Positions 26,646-40,885 of a DNA stretch of 64,000 nucleotides are shown here, one piece after another; the stretch's first letter is position 1, and each line of letters starts with the position of its first letter. This stretch comes from Octopus vulgaris. Its lineage: Eukaryota. Both the position numbers and the translations under genes were made by a program. Where the stretch lies: positions 47,182,001-47,246,000 of the forward strand of contig OX597828.1 of NCBI GenBank assembly GCA_951406725.2. Reading direction: 5' to 3'. A model generated the notes under the pieces. That model saw nothing but the letters and a program-made list of their open reading frames with translations. It searched no databases and was not told the origin of the DNA.

Positions 26646-26945
26646 GGCGGCACATGGACTAGTGATTAGAGCAGCAGACTCTCGGTCGATGGATCGCGGG
26701 TTCGAATCTCAGAGCGGGCGATGTGTGTGTTTATAAGCGAAGCGCCTAAGCTCCACGCGGCTCCGGCAGAAGGTAATGGCGATCTTCTGCTAACACTTTC
26801 GCCACAACTTTCTCTTACTCTTTTCTCCTGCATCTTGCAGCTCACCTGCGATGAACCGGCATCCCGTCCAGGAGGGGAACCTATACGCCAAGGAAACCGG
26901 AAAACCGGCCCTTATGAGCCAGGTGTAGCTCGCAAAGGAACAAAC
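26646..26945 (+). mobile_element. SINE family D (tRNA-Arg-like head) with V-domain-like tail
   Basis: Head and body shared with the 50386 and 63441 copies; tail CCTGCGATGAACCGGCATCCCGTCCAGG resembles the V-SINE domain as I recall it. Confidence 0.8.
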
Positions 26946-27077
26946 ATAATTTCATGTATATAATACAAAATTTTCCACTTCGGTGTTGGTTTTTAGATTT
27001 TTCTATGTTTATGTTTTTGAATAAGTTCACTAAAGATGAGGCTTATTTATACCATTAATTTCGTAAAATTCATATAT

Positions 27078-27488
27078 AGGCGTAGGAGTGGCTGTGTGGT
27101 AAGTAGCTTGCTTACGAACCACATGGTTCCGGGTTCAGTCCCACAGCGTGCCATCTTGGGCAAGTGTCTTCTGCTATAGCCCCGTGCCGACCAATGCCTT
27201 GTGAGTGGATTTGGTAGACGGAAACTGAAAGAAGCCTGTCGTATATATGTATATATATATATATATGTATGTATGTGTGTGTGTGTTTGTGTGTCTGTGT
27301 TTGTCCCCCTAGCATTGCTTGACAACCGATGCTGGTGTGTTTACGTCCCCGTCACGTAGCGGTTCGGCAAAAGAGACCGATAGAATAAGTACTGGGCTTA
27401 CAAAAGAATAAGTCCCGGGGTCGATTTGCTCGACTAAAGGCGGTGCTCCAGCATGGCCGCAGTCAAATGACTGACACAAGTAAAAGAG
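27078..27488 (+). mobile_element. SINE family B, full length
   Basis: Near-identical to 17771-18165. Confidence 0.93.
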
Positions 27489-27739
27489 TATATAAAAACG
27501 AGGTAAAGTCGAAAAACAGGTAAATTGAGGTGTATTTGTATATGATTCACGTGTCCGTGTATGTTCTTTTATTCTTTCACTTGGTCAGTCATCAGACTAA
27601 CCACAATGGGACACCGCTTTGTAGGGATTAGAGGAGCAAATCGACTTCAGCACTGATTTTCAGTTTCTTACTCATTCTATTGGTATCGTTTTACCCAACC
27701 CCGCTACTTGACGTTGCGAGATCAATTCCCTCCTCGATG

Positions 27740-27946
<207 letters not shown>

Positions 27947-27949
27947 TAT

Positions 27950-28129
27950 ACTTGTTTCAGTCATTTGACTGTGGCCATGCTGGAGCACCGCCTTTAGTCG
28001 AGCAAATCCACCCCAGGATTTATTCGTTTTAAGCATAGTACTTATTCTATCGGTCATTTTTGCCGAACCGCTAAGTTACGGGGATGTAAACACACAAGCA
28101 TACACACACACACACATACATAGATATAC

Positions 28130-28179
<50 letters not shown>

Positions 28180-28342
28180 GACGGGCTTCTTTCAGTTTCC
28201 GTCTACCAAATCCACTCACAAGACTATGGTCGGCCCGAGGCTATAGCAGAAGACACTTGCCCAAGTTCCCACGCAGTGGGACTGAACCCGGAGCCATGTG
28301 GTTCGTAAGCAAGCTACTTACCACACAGCCACTCCGGCGCCT
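27950..28342 (-). mobile_element. SINE family B, near full length
   Basis: Reverse complement of family B. Confidence 0.92.
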
Positions 28343-28345
28343 ATA

Positions 28346-28416
<71 letters not shown>

Positions 28417-28719
28417 TGAAGTTGTCTGCGTGTGTGTGTGGCAGATTTGGTAGCCTTCAACTAACACTATCTCCTCCGCGACCCTGCGGCGCAAGTTGAC
28501 CAAAATTGAAAGTATGATAGAAGAAGGCTTGCTCTTCATTCCGTAGTAAATTCAAATCAGACCATGTTAAGACCAAAAATATACCACAGGAAAGCAGTGT
28601 TGTAAATTGAACAAATGTTTAGGTCAGCTCAAATGTATTTGAAATATATTTGGTTTGTTGAACGGATTCTTTTACGGGTCAAACATATTCCAAACATATT
28701 AGAAGTTCACGGTTATTCT

Positions 28720-28933
28720 TTTCAACTCTAGATACAAGGTCCGAAATTTTTGGAGACGGTGCTAGTCGATTAGATTGACCGCTGTACATAATTGGTACTT
28801 AATTTTTTCGACCTTCGATATGATGAAAGGTAAAGTCGAACTCGGCGGAATTTGAACACAGAACGTAAAGACTGACGAAACTCCGTTAAGCATTTCGCCC
28901 GGCGTGCTAACGTTTCTGCCAGCTCGCCGCCTT
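28720..28933 (-). mobile_element. SINE family A, alternative tail
   Basis: Reverse complement of the family A head and central block. Confidence 0.85.
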
Positions 28934-29721
28934 AGCAGTTTAAGATTATTACCAGTTGAAATATACTTGGAACATATTTGAACCCGTATGACAGCTATGC
29001 ACTGTGTTTTGTCATGGAGAAAATTTCTCGCCGTAAACAAATAGGTGTAAATGCACCAAAATCAGCTCGCAACGCCACCTACCCAGACTGTGAAATGCAA
29101 GCATTTCGGAGTGATTATTTCCTCTTCAGTTACAGAAACCGGACAAGGTGATCGAAATATATTGAATATATTTTGTCGGTGGGTGGGATACGTCTCTCCT
29201 TCTTCTCCGAATATTGCAGCAATTAGAATTATAAACGATTCATTATTAAATTTGTTTATTCATATCTTCAGCGAGATCAATTGTTGTTACTTAGCAACAG
29301 TAAATAGTAAAAAAAAATAAACGAACAAATGAACAAATCAATAAAACAAAATTACAAACAGAAGGGAATTTGTCTTTTGGTCTGTTTGTCTTTGGTTAGT
29401 TGAGATAAACACTAATCTTTTAGCAACATCTTTATTCCACACTGGAGACAAATTTCGTGAGAAGATAACAATGAGCTGAGGATATCCTGCAAACAGGGAA
29501 AGAAAGGAAGAAAAAGAGAAAGAAAGCGAGAAAGGGTCTTTCCTTCTCCATCTCTCTCTCCCTCTCTCTCTCTCCCTCTCTCTCTCTCCCCTCTCTCTCT
29601 CTCTCTCTCTCTCTGACACAGTAAGTAGTAACAGATTATTTTTTCTAAGAGGCTTTTTTCATTTAAACCAATCCTGCATCTGTGACCTCATCTCCACAGC
29701 TTTAATGTTATTTATTACTGT

Positions 29722-29800
<79 letters not shown>

Positions 29801-29814
29801 TGATGATGATGATA

Positions 29815-29846
<32 letters not shown>

Positions 29847-29898
29847 AATGATGATGATAATTATAATAATAATGAAGATAATGATAATAATAATGATG

Positions 29899-29933
<35 letters not shown>

Positions 29934-30006
29934 GATGATAATAATGATAATAATGATAATAATGATGATAATGATGATAATGATGATAATGATGATAATG
30001 ATAATA

Positions 30007-30053
<47 letters not shown>

Positions 30054-30066
30054 GGTGGTGGTGGTG

Positions 30067-30265
30067 GTTTCAAATTTTGCCACAAGTTCAGCAATTTCGG
30101 AGATGGGAAGTCGATTACATCGGCCCCCAGACTTCAACTGGTACTTATTTTATCGTCCCGAAAGAGGTTGACAGGCAAAGTCGACCTCGTGAAATTTGAA
30201 CTCAGGAAACGGTAAAGACCAACGAAGTGCTATTAATCAATCATTTCGTCCGCCGTGCTAGCGAG
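30067..30265 (-). mobile_element. SINE family A, tail ...AAAATTTGAAACC running into triplet repeats
   Basis: Central block matches family A; tail as in 59571-59789. Confidence 0.8.
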
Positions 30266-30719
30266 TCTTCCAACAAAAAATATGAGGAAGAGGAGGAGGA
30301 GGAGGAGGAGGAGGAGAATGCGACGACGACGACATCGACAACGACAACGACGGCGATGATGATGACGATGACGATGACGATGATGATGATGATGATGATA
30401 ATGATGATGATGATGATGATGATGACGATGACGATGATGATGATGGCGATGATGATGATAACGATGATGATGAGAGGAGGAGGAAGAGGAGGAGGAGGAG
30501 GAGGAGGAGGAGGAAGCCTTTGTAACCACTAAGAATTTGCAAGGAGATCGAGGACGATATGATGTGGAGTAAATTTTTTTAAAAATAAAAGTTTCAAGCA
30601 AGAAAATTCCCCAGTAGGGTAGAGACTTGCAAGGACTGATCGTGGAAATCATACAGAATACCGTCACTGTGACCATTAGCGCAGGGGCTCACTTTTTACC
30701 GTCCTCCTTCAATCGATAG

Positions 30720-31255
30720 GTACTTGTTTTGTGCAGGTCCATTCACTCGGACAATTCTTGCCGCTTCTGCCAACGGTCAAACAAATTTTCTGGAAGGCAG
30801 CCCATCATCCTTCTCTACCCTCATTTACCTTTTCAGTCTCGTGCACCAAACAACTGCTTTCGCTAAGGACACCAGACAGATAAACCCTTCCCTGTCCTTT
30901 GCCGCCAAAGTAAAACGGAATGACGATATCCGCAATAGACTCAGCTTATAGCCGGATCCGTCCTACACCCTCGAGAGCAAGTGTTCAATAAGGCGGTGAG
31001 CTGGCAGAAACGTTAGCACACCGGGCGAAATGCTTAGCCGTATTTCGTCTGCCGTTACGTTCTGAGTTCAAATTCCGCCGAGGTCGACTTTGCCTTTCAT
31101 CCTTTCGGGTTCGATTAAACAAGTACCAGTTACGCACTGGGATCGATATAATCGACTTAATCCGTTTGTCTGTCCTTGTTTGTCCCCTCTCTGTTTAGCC
31201 CCTTGTGGGTAGTAAGGAAATAGATAGAAACCCAGATGTCAGCAACGCACGAGGT
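30720..31255 (-). mobile_element. L1/Tx1-like ORF2 C-terminal fragment interrupted by SINE A
   Basis: CVADIWVSI|EHLLSR.GRIRL*AESIADIV...EGFICLVSLAKAVVWCTRLK; the reading continues across the SINE. Confidence 0.7.
30990..31222 (+). mobile_element. SINE family A, full length
   Basis: Near-identical to unit 1 at 1874. Confidence 0.93.
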
Positions 31256-31984
31256 TTCTCTTGTTACTGCTGTTGCTGTCTGTGAAGTGATGGCCTTTAA
31301 TGTTGGTGTGCTTTCTGTTGTTTTAATGGCTGTTGCTTCTACTAGTGTTGTTTTTATTGTTGTTGCTAATGTAGATGTTGCTGTGAGCAGAAGTGGTGGT
31401 TTCCCCCCTTTCCTTTGCTATAAACAGAAAGCTTTGAGGTAATTTCTGTCACCACACAAGTGACAACTCGGTCTTCAGCTTCCCATCCACGTAGTTTTGG
31501 AGACGGTGCCAGTCAATTAGATCGACCCCTGTACACAACTGGTACTTAATTTATCGACCCTCGATAGGATGAAAGGTAAAGTCGACCTCGACGGAATTTG
31601 AACTCAGAACGTAAAGACTTGTGTAAGTGTCTCCTACGATAACCACGGGCCGACTCAAGCCTTGTCGCTGAATACTGAAAGAAGCTCGTCGTATGTACAT
31701 ATATGTATGTGTGCGTGTGTGTGAGTTTCTGTGTCTGTGTTCGTCCCAGCCACTGCTTGATAACCGGCGGCGGTATACTTGCGTCCCCGGAACTTAGCAG
31801 ATCGGCAAAAGAGACCGATAGAATAAGTAGCAAGATTAAAAACAAGTGCTGGGGTCGATTCGTTCAACTAAACTTTTTCAAGGTGATGCTCCAGTATGGC
31901 TGAAGTCTAATGACTGAAACAAGTAAAAGGTAAAAGATAAAATAAAAGAATGAATTTGGTTAATACTTAAAATAGAGTTAAATA

Positions 31985-32250
31985 TGTGTTTCGTTTAACA
32001 TCCTTAAACAACCCTTATTCAGTGACCTTTTTACCAGGATGAGCGACTCGACCTGAAAAAATTATAACTGGGCCCCACCTGCAAGGTCATGCGCTGTTAA
32101 TCTTGATATGAGATCACCATGTTGCGCACATATGGCCGTGATGCATGTGCCTGGTGTACTCTTAATCAGACGGGTAGTCATGATGGGTATACTGGGTTTT
32201 GTATATTTTACCCCAGTGTTACTTTGATGGCATGCACTGCTCTCCCACTC
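31985..32250. mobile_element. Truncated copy of the (AAT)n-associated repeat
   Basis: Aligns to the right-hand part (about 32850-33114) of the longer copy and ends at the same ACTC-(AAT)n junction. Confidence 0.85.
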
Positions 32251-32502
32251 AATAATAATGACAACAACGACAATGATAATAATTTGGGGAATTTTGAGGG
32301 GATGGGTAAGTCGATTACATCGATCCGAGTGTGTAACTTGTACTTATTTAATTGACCTCGAGAGGATGAAAGGCAAAGTCGACCGCGGCGGAATTTGAAC
32401 ACAGAACGCAGAGACGGACGAAATGCCGCTAAGCCCGGCGCGGTAACGATTCCATCAACTTGCACTTTAACAACAACAACAACAACAACAATGATGATGA
32501 TG

Positions 32503-32556
<54 letters not shown>

Positions 32557-32559
<3 letters not shown>

Positions 32560-33114
32560 TGCCCTGATGCAGTACCAGGCAGTGGCTCTCATGGCTTCTG
32601 ATCTTAACTGATTGGAAGTGTTATCATGTACATTGTTTTGTCTTGGTATAAAAGATGGGCTACAGCAAATATTCTGCTCAATACCACAGATTTGCTTGTC
32701 AGTTGTTTGACCTTAACCAGTTGAGCATGTCCCTTAGTGGCTGACGATATGTGCATCTCTGATCACGAGCAGAAGTAGTGGGGGAGCATCATAGCCATGT
32801 GTTGAGAGGGATTCTTTGGGGTTTGAATAGTTCACCTCTGGAAACATGGGTGGTTCTTTCAACATCCTTAAACAACCCTTATTCAGGGACCGTTTGAGCG
32901 GGATGGGATACTCAACCTGAAGAAAATTCTAACTGGGCCCCACTTGCAAGGTCATGTGCTGTTTATCTTGATATGAGATCACCATGTCACGCACATATGG
33001 TTGTGATGCATGTGCCTGGTGTACCTTTATCAGACGGGTAGTCATGATGGGTATATTGGGCTTCGTATATTTTACCCCAGTGTCACTTTGATGGCATGAA
33101 CTGCTCTCTCACTC
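32557..33114. mobile_element. ~560-bp interspersed repeat embedded in (AAT)n
   Basis: Flanked by AAT runs on both sides; second copy nearby; no ORF and no TIR. Confidence 0.8.
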
Positions 33115-33149
<35 letters not shown>

Positions 33150-33307
33150 TGATGATAATAATAATAATAATGATGATAATAATAATAATAATGATGATAA
33201 TAATAATAATAATGATGATAATAATAATAATAGTAATAATAAGAATAGTAATAATAATATTAATAGTAATAGTAATAATAAGAATAGTAATAATAATATT
33301 AATAGTA

Positions 33308-33376
<69 letters not shown>

Positions 33377-34663
33377 GTAATAATAATAATAATAATGATG
33401 ACGACGACGACGACGACAACGACGATGATGACGATGACGATGACGACGATGATGACGATGATGATGATGATGATGATGATGATAACAACAACAACAACAT
33501 CGACAGTCTTTGTAAATGAAATGGAAACGTTATCTGAAAAGAGAGATAATTAGTGCGTGAATATTGAAAACACAAATGTCTGTAATAATAAAATGCCTCC
33601 AGAATTATTTGCTAAAAAGACGACGTTGGTTAATACAAAATGGAAACCTGCCAAGATGTACTTCTCAGCAAAACACACACATAAAATAGCAACACTGGTT
33701 CCCTCAGTTCTGAGTACTTCAATAGTGGGTACAACTGCACCGGCTATTTAACACATATAGAGTTAATTCAACTGGAGAGAAAACTCACAAACAACAAAAG
33801 CAAAAGAGACTCCATGTGCCCGAGGCACTCTGGGCTCTGCATTCTGTAAAATGCAGTGAAAACACACAATAAGACTAAAAAACGGCTGATTATAGATATG
33901 GCGATTTTAATTTTAATCTTCTTTGTATAACCTTCCTACTGTTTGTGATTTTTGCGTTTCATCTTTGTAATTTCCTTAGACTTGTTTAGACACCTCTTGT
34001 GGAAAATAAGGAAATTATCATCATCATCATCGTCATCATCATCATCATCATTATTATTATTACTATCATCATCGTCATCATCATCACAACCATATGTCTG
34101 TTCTGGATTATGTGTGTTATGTTTGCAATAAATCCTATTTGTTGTGGCTCAATTTCCTCAGTGTAATTGCATGGCAGTTAGTTGTATCGATGTCAAGAGG
34201 TTTTTTGCTTTATTATTTTTTTTTTTTTTTACTTCTTTTATTACGTGAGATAATCTCCTTTTAATCTCGGTTTTAGTGTTTCTGTCAATCTTTTAATTTT
34301 TAATTCTATTCACTTCGTTAGGGATCCACGGATTGCTGAGTTGACAGAGTCGAAGACAACTGGCATTTCTGGTGGTCGTTGTATCACATTCAACTAATGC
34401 TGCGTTGTACTCGAGACGTCATTCCGTATTATACCTACTACCGACAAAACACCACCACATGGATTCTATTGAGACCAGTAAGAAACAATTATGAACTTTT
34501 CTATTACACTTTACTTTTTATAATATTTTTGATAAGGTTCGTTTTTTCAAGAACCGAAACATGTAAAATTCATAAGAAAATTAAAATTTATCTAATATAG
34601 TGGCGTTTTCAAACTTCTTTTTTACAAATATATACCCACTCGTATACGATCTACTCTTATTAT

Positions 34664-34704
<41 letters not shown>

Positions 34705-35221
34705 CTCCAAGAAAGTTAGAAGTTGTAAATCCAACCCACTAAGGGATAATATCTATCCAATATACTGCTGGTAGAATACCCAATACACAAGTGTTTTTTA
34801 TTGCATTGCAGTTACTTTACCTAGTGTACTAAATGGGTGATGGTAAAGAGATATTTTACCATTAATTTATAGAGCAATTAGAAAATAGAGGGGATCAATA
34901 GGTGGTTCATCAACTTTTAGACATTATATTATGTCAACTTATTTATTTATTTACTAAACTGACAATTACAAGAATATACATACATGTATGATATATTATG
35001 CTTTACACATAATATATAAAAATATATCAATATATAAGGATACCAGTAACTATTACGAAATAACACATGAATATAAATTCCCAATTTATATTCATGTATG
35101 TTATGACAAATTTCCTAAATTTGGAGTGACATGCGTGCTAATTCGCGGACGTGTATAAATCACATTCACACACACACACACACACATCCTGCCTTTTATA
35201 TATACAGATATATATACATTG

Positions 35222-35264
<43 letters not shown>

Positions 35265-35564
35265 TATAGACACACACACATATCTACGTGTGTGTCCGAC
35301 CATCACTTGGCAACCGGCGTTGTTGTGTTTACGTCCCTGTGATCTAGCAGTTCGGCAAAAGAGACCAATAGATTAAGTACCAGGCTCAGAAAAAAGAAAA
35401 CATAAATACTAGTGGTGGTGGTGGTGGTGTAGAAGGAATTAGTGCTTGGAAGTGTAGTGAAAAGAGAAGGATCGTTCCTAAGTGGAATGGGCTTTCAGGC
35501 TGAAGTGTGTAAAGATAAACCGGTGGATGACTAAAAGGAGAGAGTGGCGCCCCTTACACAACGG

Positions 35565-35629
<65 letters not shown>

Positions 35630-36001
35630 CGTGTGTGAGAGAGAGGGAGAGAAAGAGAGAGAGACGGCATGAGAGGGCAACAGTGAGAGAGAGAGAGAGA
35701 GTGTGTGTGTGTGTAGAGAAGTTTTGGAGGCTTAAACGGTGAGCATAATGGTGGTGGTGGTGGTGGTGGTGGTGGTGGTGGTGGTGGTGGTGGTGGTGGT
35801 GGTGGTGGTGGTTGGTGGTGGTGGTGGTTGGTGGTGGTTGTGGTGGTGGTGGTGGTGGTGGTGGTGGTGGTGGTGGTGGTGGTTGTGGTGGTGGTGGTGG
35901 TGGTGGTGGTGGTGGTGGTGGTGGTGGTGGTGGTGGTGGTGGTGGTGGTGGTGGTTGTGGTGGTGGTGGTGGTGGTGGTGGTCATCGCCGTCGTCGTGTA
36001 G

Positions 36002-36158
36002 TAAGAACCAACCATAAGTCAGTCTTTGTTTACCAGTTGGTGTGTGCCACATGTGCCGAATGACTTGGGTTGGTTCTTAGACCATACCTCCATATTGTTG
36101 GTAACCATACTGCACAGTCCGGCAATAAAGTCATTATAAGTATGGAGGGATGCAGTCT
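36002..36158 (+). ncRNA. Candidate structured RNA: two adjacent hairpins
   Basis: TAAGAACCAACC/GGTTGGTTCTTA 12-bp stem plus AAGTCA/TGACTT; AGAC-CAT-CCTCCATATT/AGTATGGAGG-ATG-GTCT; G-U pairs favour the + strand. Confidence 0.4.
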
Positions 36159-36203
36159 GGACATGGAGCACTCTCTCCTAATATCCACTATTTCTGTTAT
36201 GCC

Positions 36204-36257
<54 letters not shown>

Positions 36258-36267
36258 ACACACACAT

Positions 36268-36305
<38 letters not shown>

Positions 36306-36346
36306 ACACATACATACACACACATCCACACATACACACACACGCA

Positions 36347-36378
<32 letters not shown>

Positions 36379-36450
36379 CTCACACACACATACATACACA
36401 CACACATACACACACACACACACTCATACACACATACATACACACACATC

Positions 36451-36507
<57 letters not shown>

Positions 36508-36641
36508 ACACACACACACGTTCATAGATATTATAACTTCCTTCCCTGAAACTATCGGCCTTTGATTTTCTCAATTCTCTCCTTGAAGAGACTCCTTTCA
36601 TCCCGCTATCTTTCTCTCCTTGTCTCTTTGTCTGTCACTCT

Positions 36642-37160
<519 letters not shown>

Positions 37161-37228
37161 ACAAGTAACAGACTAAAAGATATATATATACATATACAGC
37201 TGTCTATTTAACTATTTATCTATATCTA

Positions 37229-37263
<35 letters not shown>

Positions 37264-37913
37264 ATCCGTCTATTCATCCATCTTTATCCGTCTCTTCATC
37301 CATATTTATGTTTGCCTGACTTACTTTCTTCCGCTTACTTTCCCCAAACAGATTTCACGCAAACTGTGATCAAAAATCAAAGCACCCCTCTAAACCCACA
37401 TACACTGCTATAATATACGCATACATGCCCACACTTATACATACACACACTTGGATACATATGTACATATACTGCCATTTATATACATACATAAGTGTGT
37501 GTGTGTATGTGTATATGTTATGTATGTCCACGTATCAGACACATAATACAATGAAACACAAAGGGAGACAAATATAGATGAACTGTTTTAAGTTGACTTT
37601 GGCTCAAAGGAGTTGTGTTCGGCTGAAGAAAAAAAAAAGGGCTATTTAACTGCCAGGGGCACGTGGTTGTTACAGCCGACACTTGGTGGCGTAAGTATCA
37701 ATGTGAGAGGTAGAGATGCAGAAACACGAGAGAATATGAGAGGGGGGAGTGGAGAGGGAGATGGAGAAATTGTGAAGTGAGCCACGTGCGGAGTGCAACT
37801 GTAATGGCTGCCACGCAAATAAGAACGAACAGAAAGGTTTAACTGACTGAAAAGAAATAATAAAGATGATAATAATGATAATAATAACAATAATTACAAT
37901 AATGATAAGCTAT

Positions 37914-37942
37914 ATGTGTGCGTGTATATATATATGTATGTT

Positions 37943-38006
<64 letters not shown>

Positions 38007-38020
38007 CATACATACATACA

Positions 38021-38052
<32 letters not shown>

Positions 38053-38725
38053 CACACATGCGCACGCATACATATGTATGTGTGTGTGTGTGTGTGTGTA
38101 TTTATGTATCCGGGTGCGTGCATGCATATGTGTATTTGTATTGCATGTGTATATCCATGTGTATATGTATATTTATGTATGTATGCACGTATTTATGTAT
38201 ATACATATGTATGTGTGTATGTATGTATGTATGTATGTGTGTATGTATGTATGTATGCATGTATGTATGCATGCATGTATGTATGTATGTATGCATGTAT
38301 GTATGCATGCATGTATGTATGTATGTATTTATGTATGTATGCATGCATGCATGTATGTACGTATGTATGTATGAATGAATGTATGTATGTATGTATGTAT
38401 GCATGTATGTATGCATGCATGTATGTATGTATGTATGCATGTATGTATGTATGTATGAATGTATGTATGTATGTATGTATGAATGTATGTATGAATGTAT
38501 GTATGTATGTATGTATGCATGCATGTATGTATGTATGTATGCATGCATGAACGTATGTATGTATGTATGCATGTATGTATGTATATGTGTATGTATGCAT
38601 GCATGTATGTATGTATGTATGTATTTATGTATGTATGTATGTATGCATGTATGTATGCATGTATGTATGCATGTATGTATGTATGTGTGTGTATGTATGT
38701 ATGTATGTATGTATGTATGTATGTA
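37914..38725. repeat. (AT)n/(ATAC)n/(ATGT)n compound microsatellite
   Basis: Read directly. Confidence 0.97.
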
Positions 38726-38858
38726 GAACCGTTGTAACCGTTAGAAATAATAAGAAGGAAAGCAAACATTCCGGCTATATATAATGAGAACGCTGCATGA
38801 TACGGATTGGTGGTGCAGAGGCCGGATGTATGAGCCTTGGGCAGCCGTACAGACCGGT

Positions 38859-38875
38859 CAGCGCCCCCTGGTGGC
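38859..38875 (-). promoter_or_regulatory. CTCF-binding motif
   Basis: Minus strand reads GCCACCAGGGGGCGCTG, matching the canonical CTCF core CCACCAGGGGGCGC, in a unique GC-richer island. Confidence 0.65.
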
Positions 38876-39069
38876 GTGATGTAATTAACTGAGGTATTTC
38901 CAAAATGGTCGCTTGTCAACAAGCCGACACGTTATGTGACCCAGGCCAAGTGATTCTCTTTTCAAAAACAGACCCAATATCAAGAGCGGACGTTCGCTCC
39001 CCTATCAAGGCAACACTTAATATTCAATGTACTTATCTCATGAATAATTTCCTGTCAAAACCGAATTTT

Positions 39070-39186
39070 CTTTCTCCTTTCTTCTTCTTCTTCTTCTTCT
39101 TCATTCTTATCTTTCTTCTTTCCTTCCCTTTGGCACTTAATCTATCATATTCTCTCTCTCAATTTTCTTTCGCTTTCCTTCATTCA

Positions 39187-39226
<40 letters not shown>

Positions 39227-39496
39227 CTTCTTTCATGTTTCTTTCGTTCTCTTCATCTATCATCTATTTCTGTTTCTTTCTCCCTTTTTTCCCTTTCTCC
39301 CTCTTCCTTCCACACGTCTTCTTTTACTCCCTTCATCTATCATCCTTCTCTATTGTTTTCTCCCTCTGTCTCTCTCTGTCTCTCTCTCTCTCTCCTCTGT
39401 CTGTCTCTCTCTTTTTTCTCATACCTCTCCCTTCTGTCCATTCAGCTATCATCCCTGTCTCTCTCTTCCCCCTTTCTCTCCTTCTCTCTCTCCATT

Positions 39497-39534
<38 letters not shown>

Positions 39535-39830
39535 TCTTTCTATCGGCCTCTCTCTCTCCCTCTCTCACTTTCTATCTCTCTTTCTATTCCCCACCTCTAG
39601 CTCTCTCTCTCTCTCTCTTACTGCCACTCTCCCTCCTTGCCTCTTTTTCTCTCTCCCTCTCTCTCCATTTCTTTCTCCTCTCACTCCGTCTATCTCTCTC
39701 TACCCCTCTCTCCCAATTTGCCTCCTCTCCCCCACCTCTCTCCCTTCTCTCCCTCTCCTTTCTCTCCTTTACTCCTCTCTCTCCTCACCGACCCATTTCC
39801 CTCCCCACCTCAAACCTCTCTCTTTCTCTA
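39070..39830. repeat. Long polypyrimidine (CT-rich) low-complexity tract
   Basis: Read directly. Confidence 0.9.
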
Positions 39831-40208
39831 CCCAAAACTACACTATCCCCAACGTCACCGCCATATTACATACGCAGACGTCCAATTAGCCGAATCGATA
39901 GAGCATCGGTTAAATTTTTTTGCGGTAATAGTTCCGGCTCCCAATACTCAGAGCTCAAATTCCACCGAGGTCAACTTTGCATTCGTCCTTTCCCGATCGA
40001 TAAATAAAGTACCTGCCACGACCTGAGCGTTGAGTCTTCTCTTTCTGTAACTTTTTCTTTTTTTCTCTCTCTTTCTCTTTGTCTCACTGCAAGAAATCGA
40101 CATTGTTTAGACATGGAAATGGATAAGCAAAAGCACGTTTTAAAATACTCAAAACACACCGTACACACACGCACAAACACACACACGCTTACACACGCAT
40201 ACACACGT

Positions 40209-40244
<36 letters not shown>

Positions 40245-40497
40245 GCACACACACACACACACGTTTTCTTTTTTCTCTTTCCATTCCTCCTTCCCTTTCC
40301 CTCATAGTAAACATTTTAACTTATTAGCTTCCCACCTCTCTCTCCCTCTCGATGTATATATATATAAATATCTATATACACGCGCGCACACATACAAATA
40401 TATACGTACAAACACACACACACACACACATATAAGTCAGTAAATGGTGGGGTCATATATATATATATATTTATATTCATTTACAAATATATCTATA

Positions 40498-40554
<57 letters not shown>

Positions 40555-40885
40555 TTACATATGTGTGTACATGTATGCATGTATATATATATGTGTGTGT
40601 GTATGTGTACACACACACACACACGTATAATGGTCTTGCCCGTAGAGAACGACACATAAGCCTTCATTTATTCGATCAAAATAATGAAGAACCTGCTAAT
40701 TAAATTAGCGTGTAAGTGCTTAAGTATTCTGTGGCCACGTGCATCCCTTAACCTTATTCTGAAGTAGAATCAGAGGGACAGCGGGTCTGACAGGCCTGCC
40801 GGACTTTCGAATTCTAGGCGCAGTCCATCTATTCTCTACCATAATGTAAACCTTTTGAACTCATAATATTCTGTGCGTGTATACC

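Noticed and set aside
29621-29699. GTAAGT...CACAG mini-intron
   Set aside because: Flanked by microsatellites with no plausible exons.
36002-36165. SECIS, canonical H/ACA snoRNA or canonical pre-miRNA call
   Set aside because: No tandem GA quartet, no pocket 14-15 nt from the boxes, and asymmetric upper stems; kept only as an unclassified structure.
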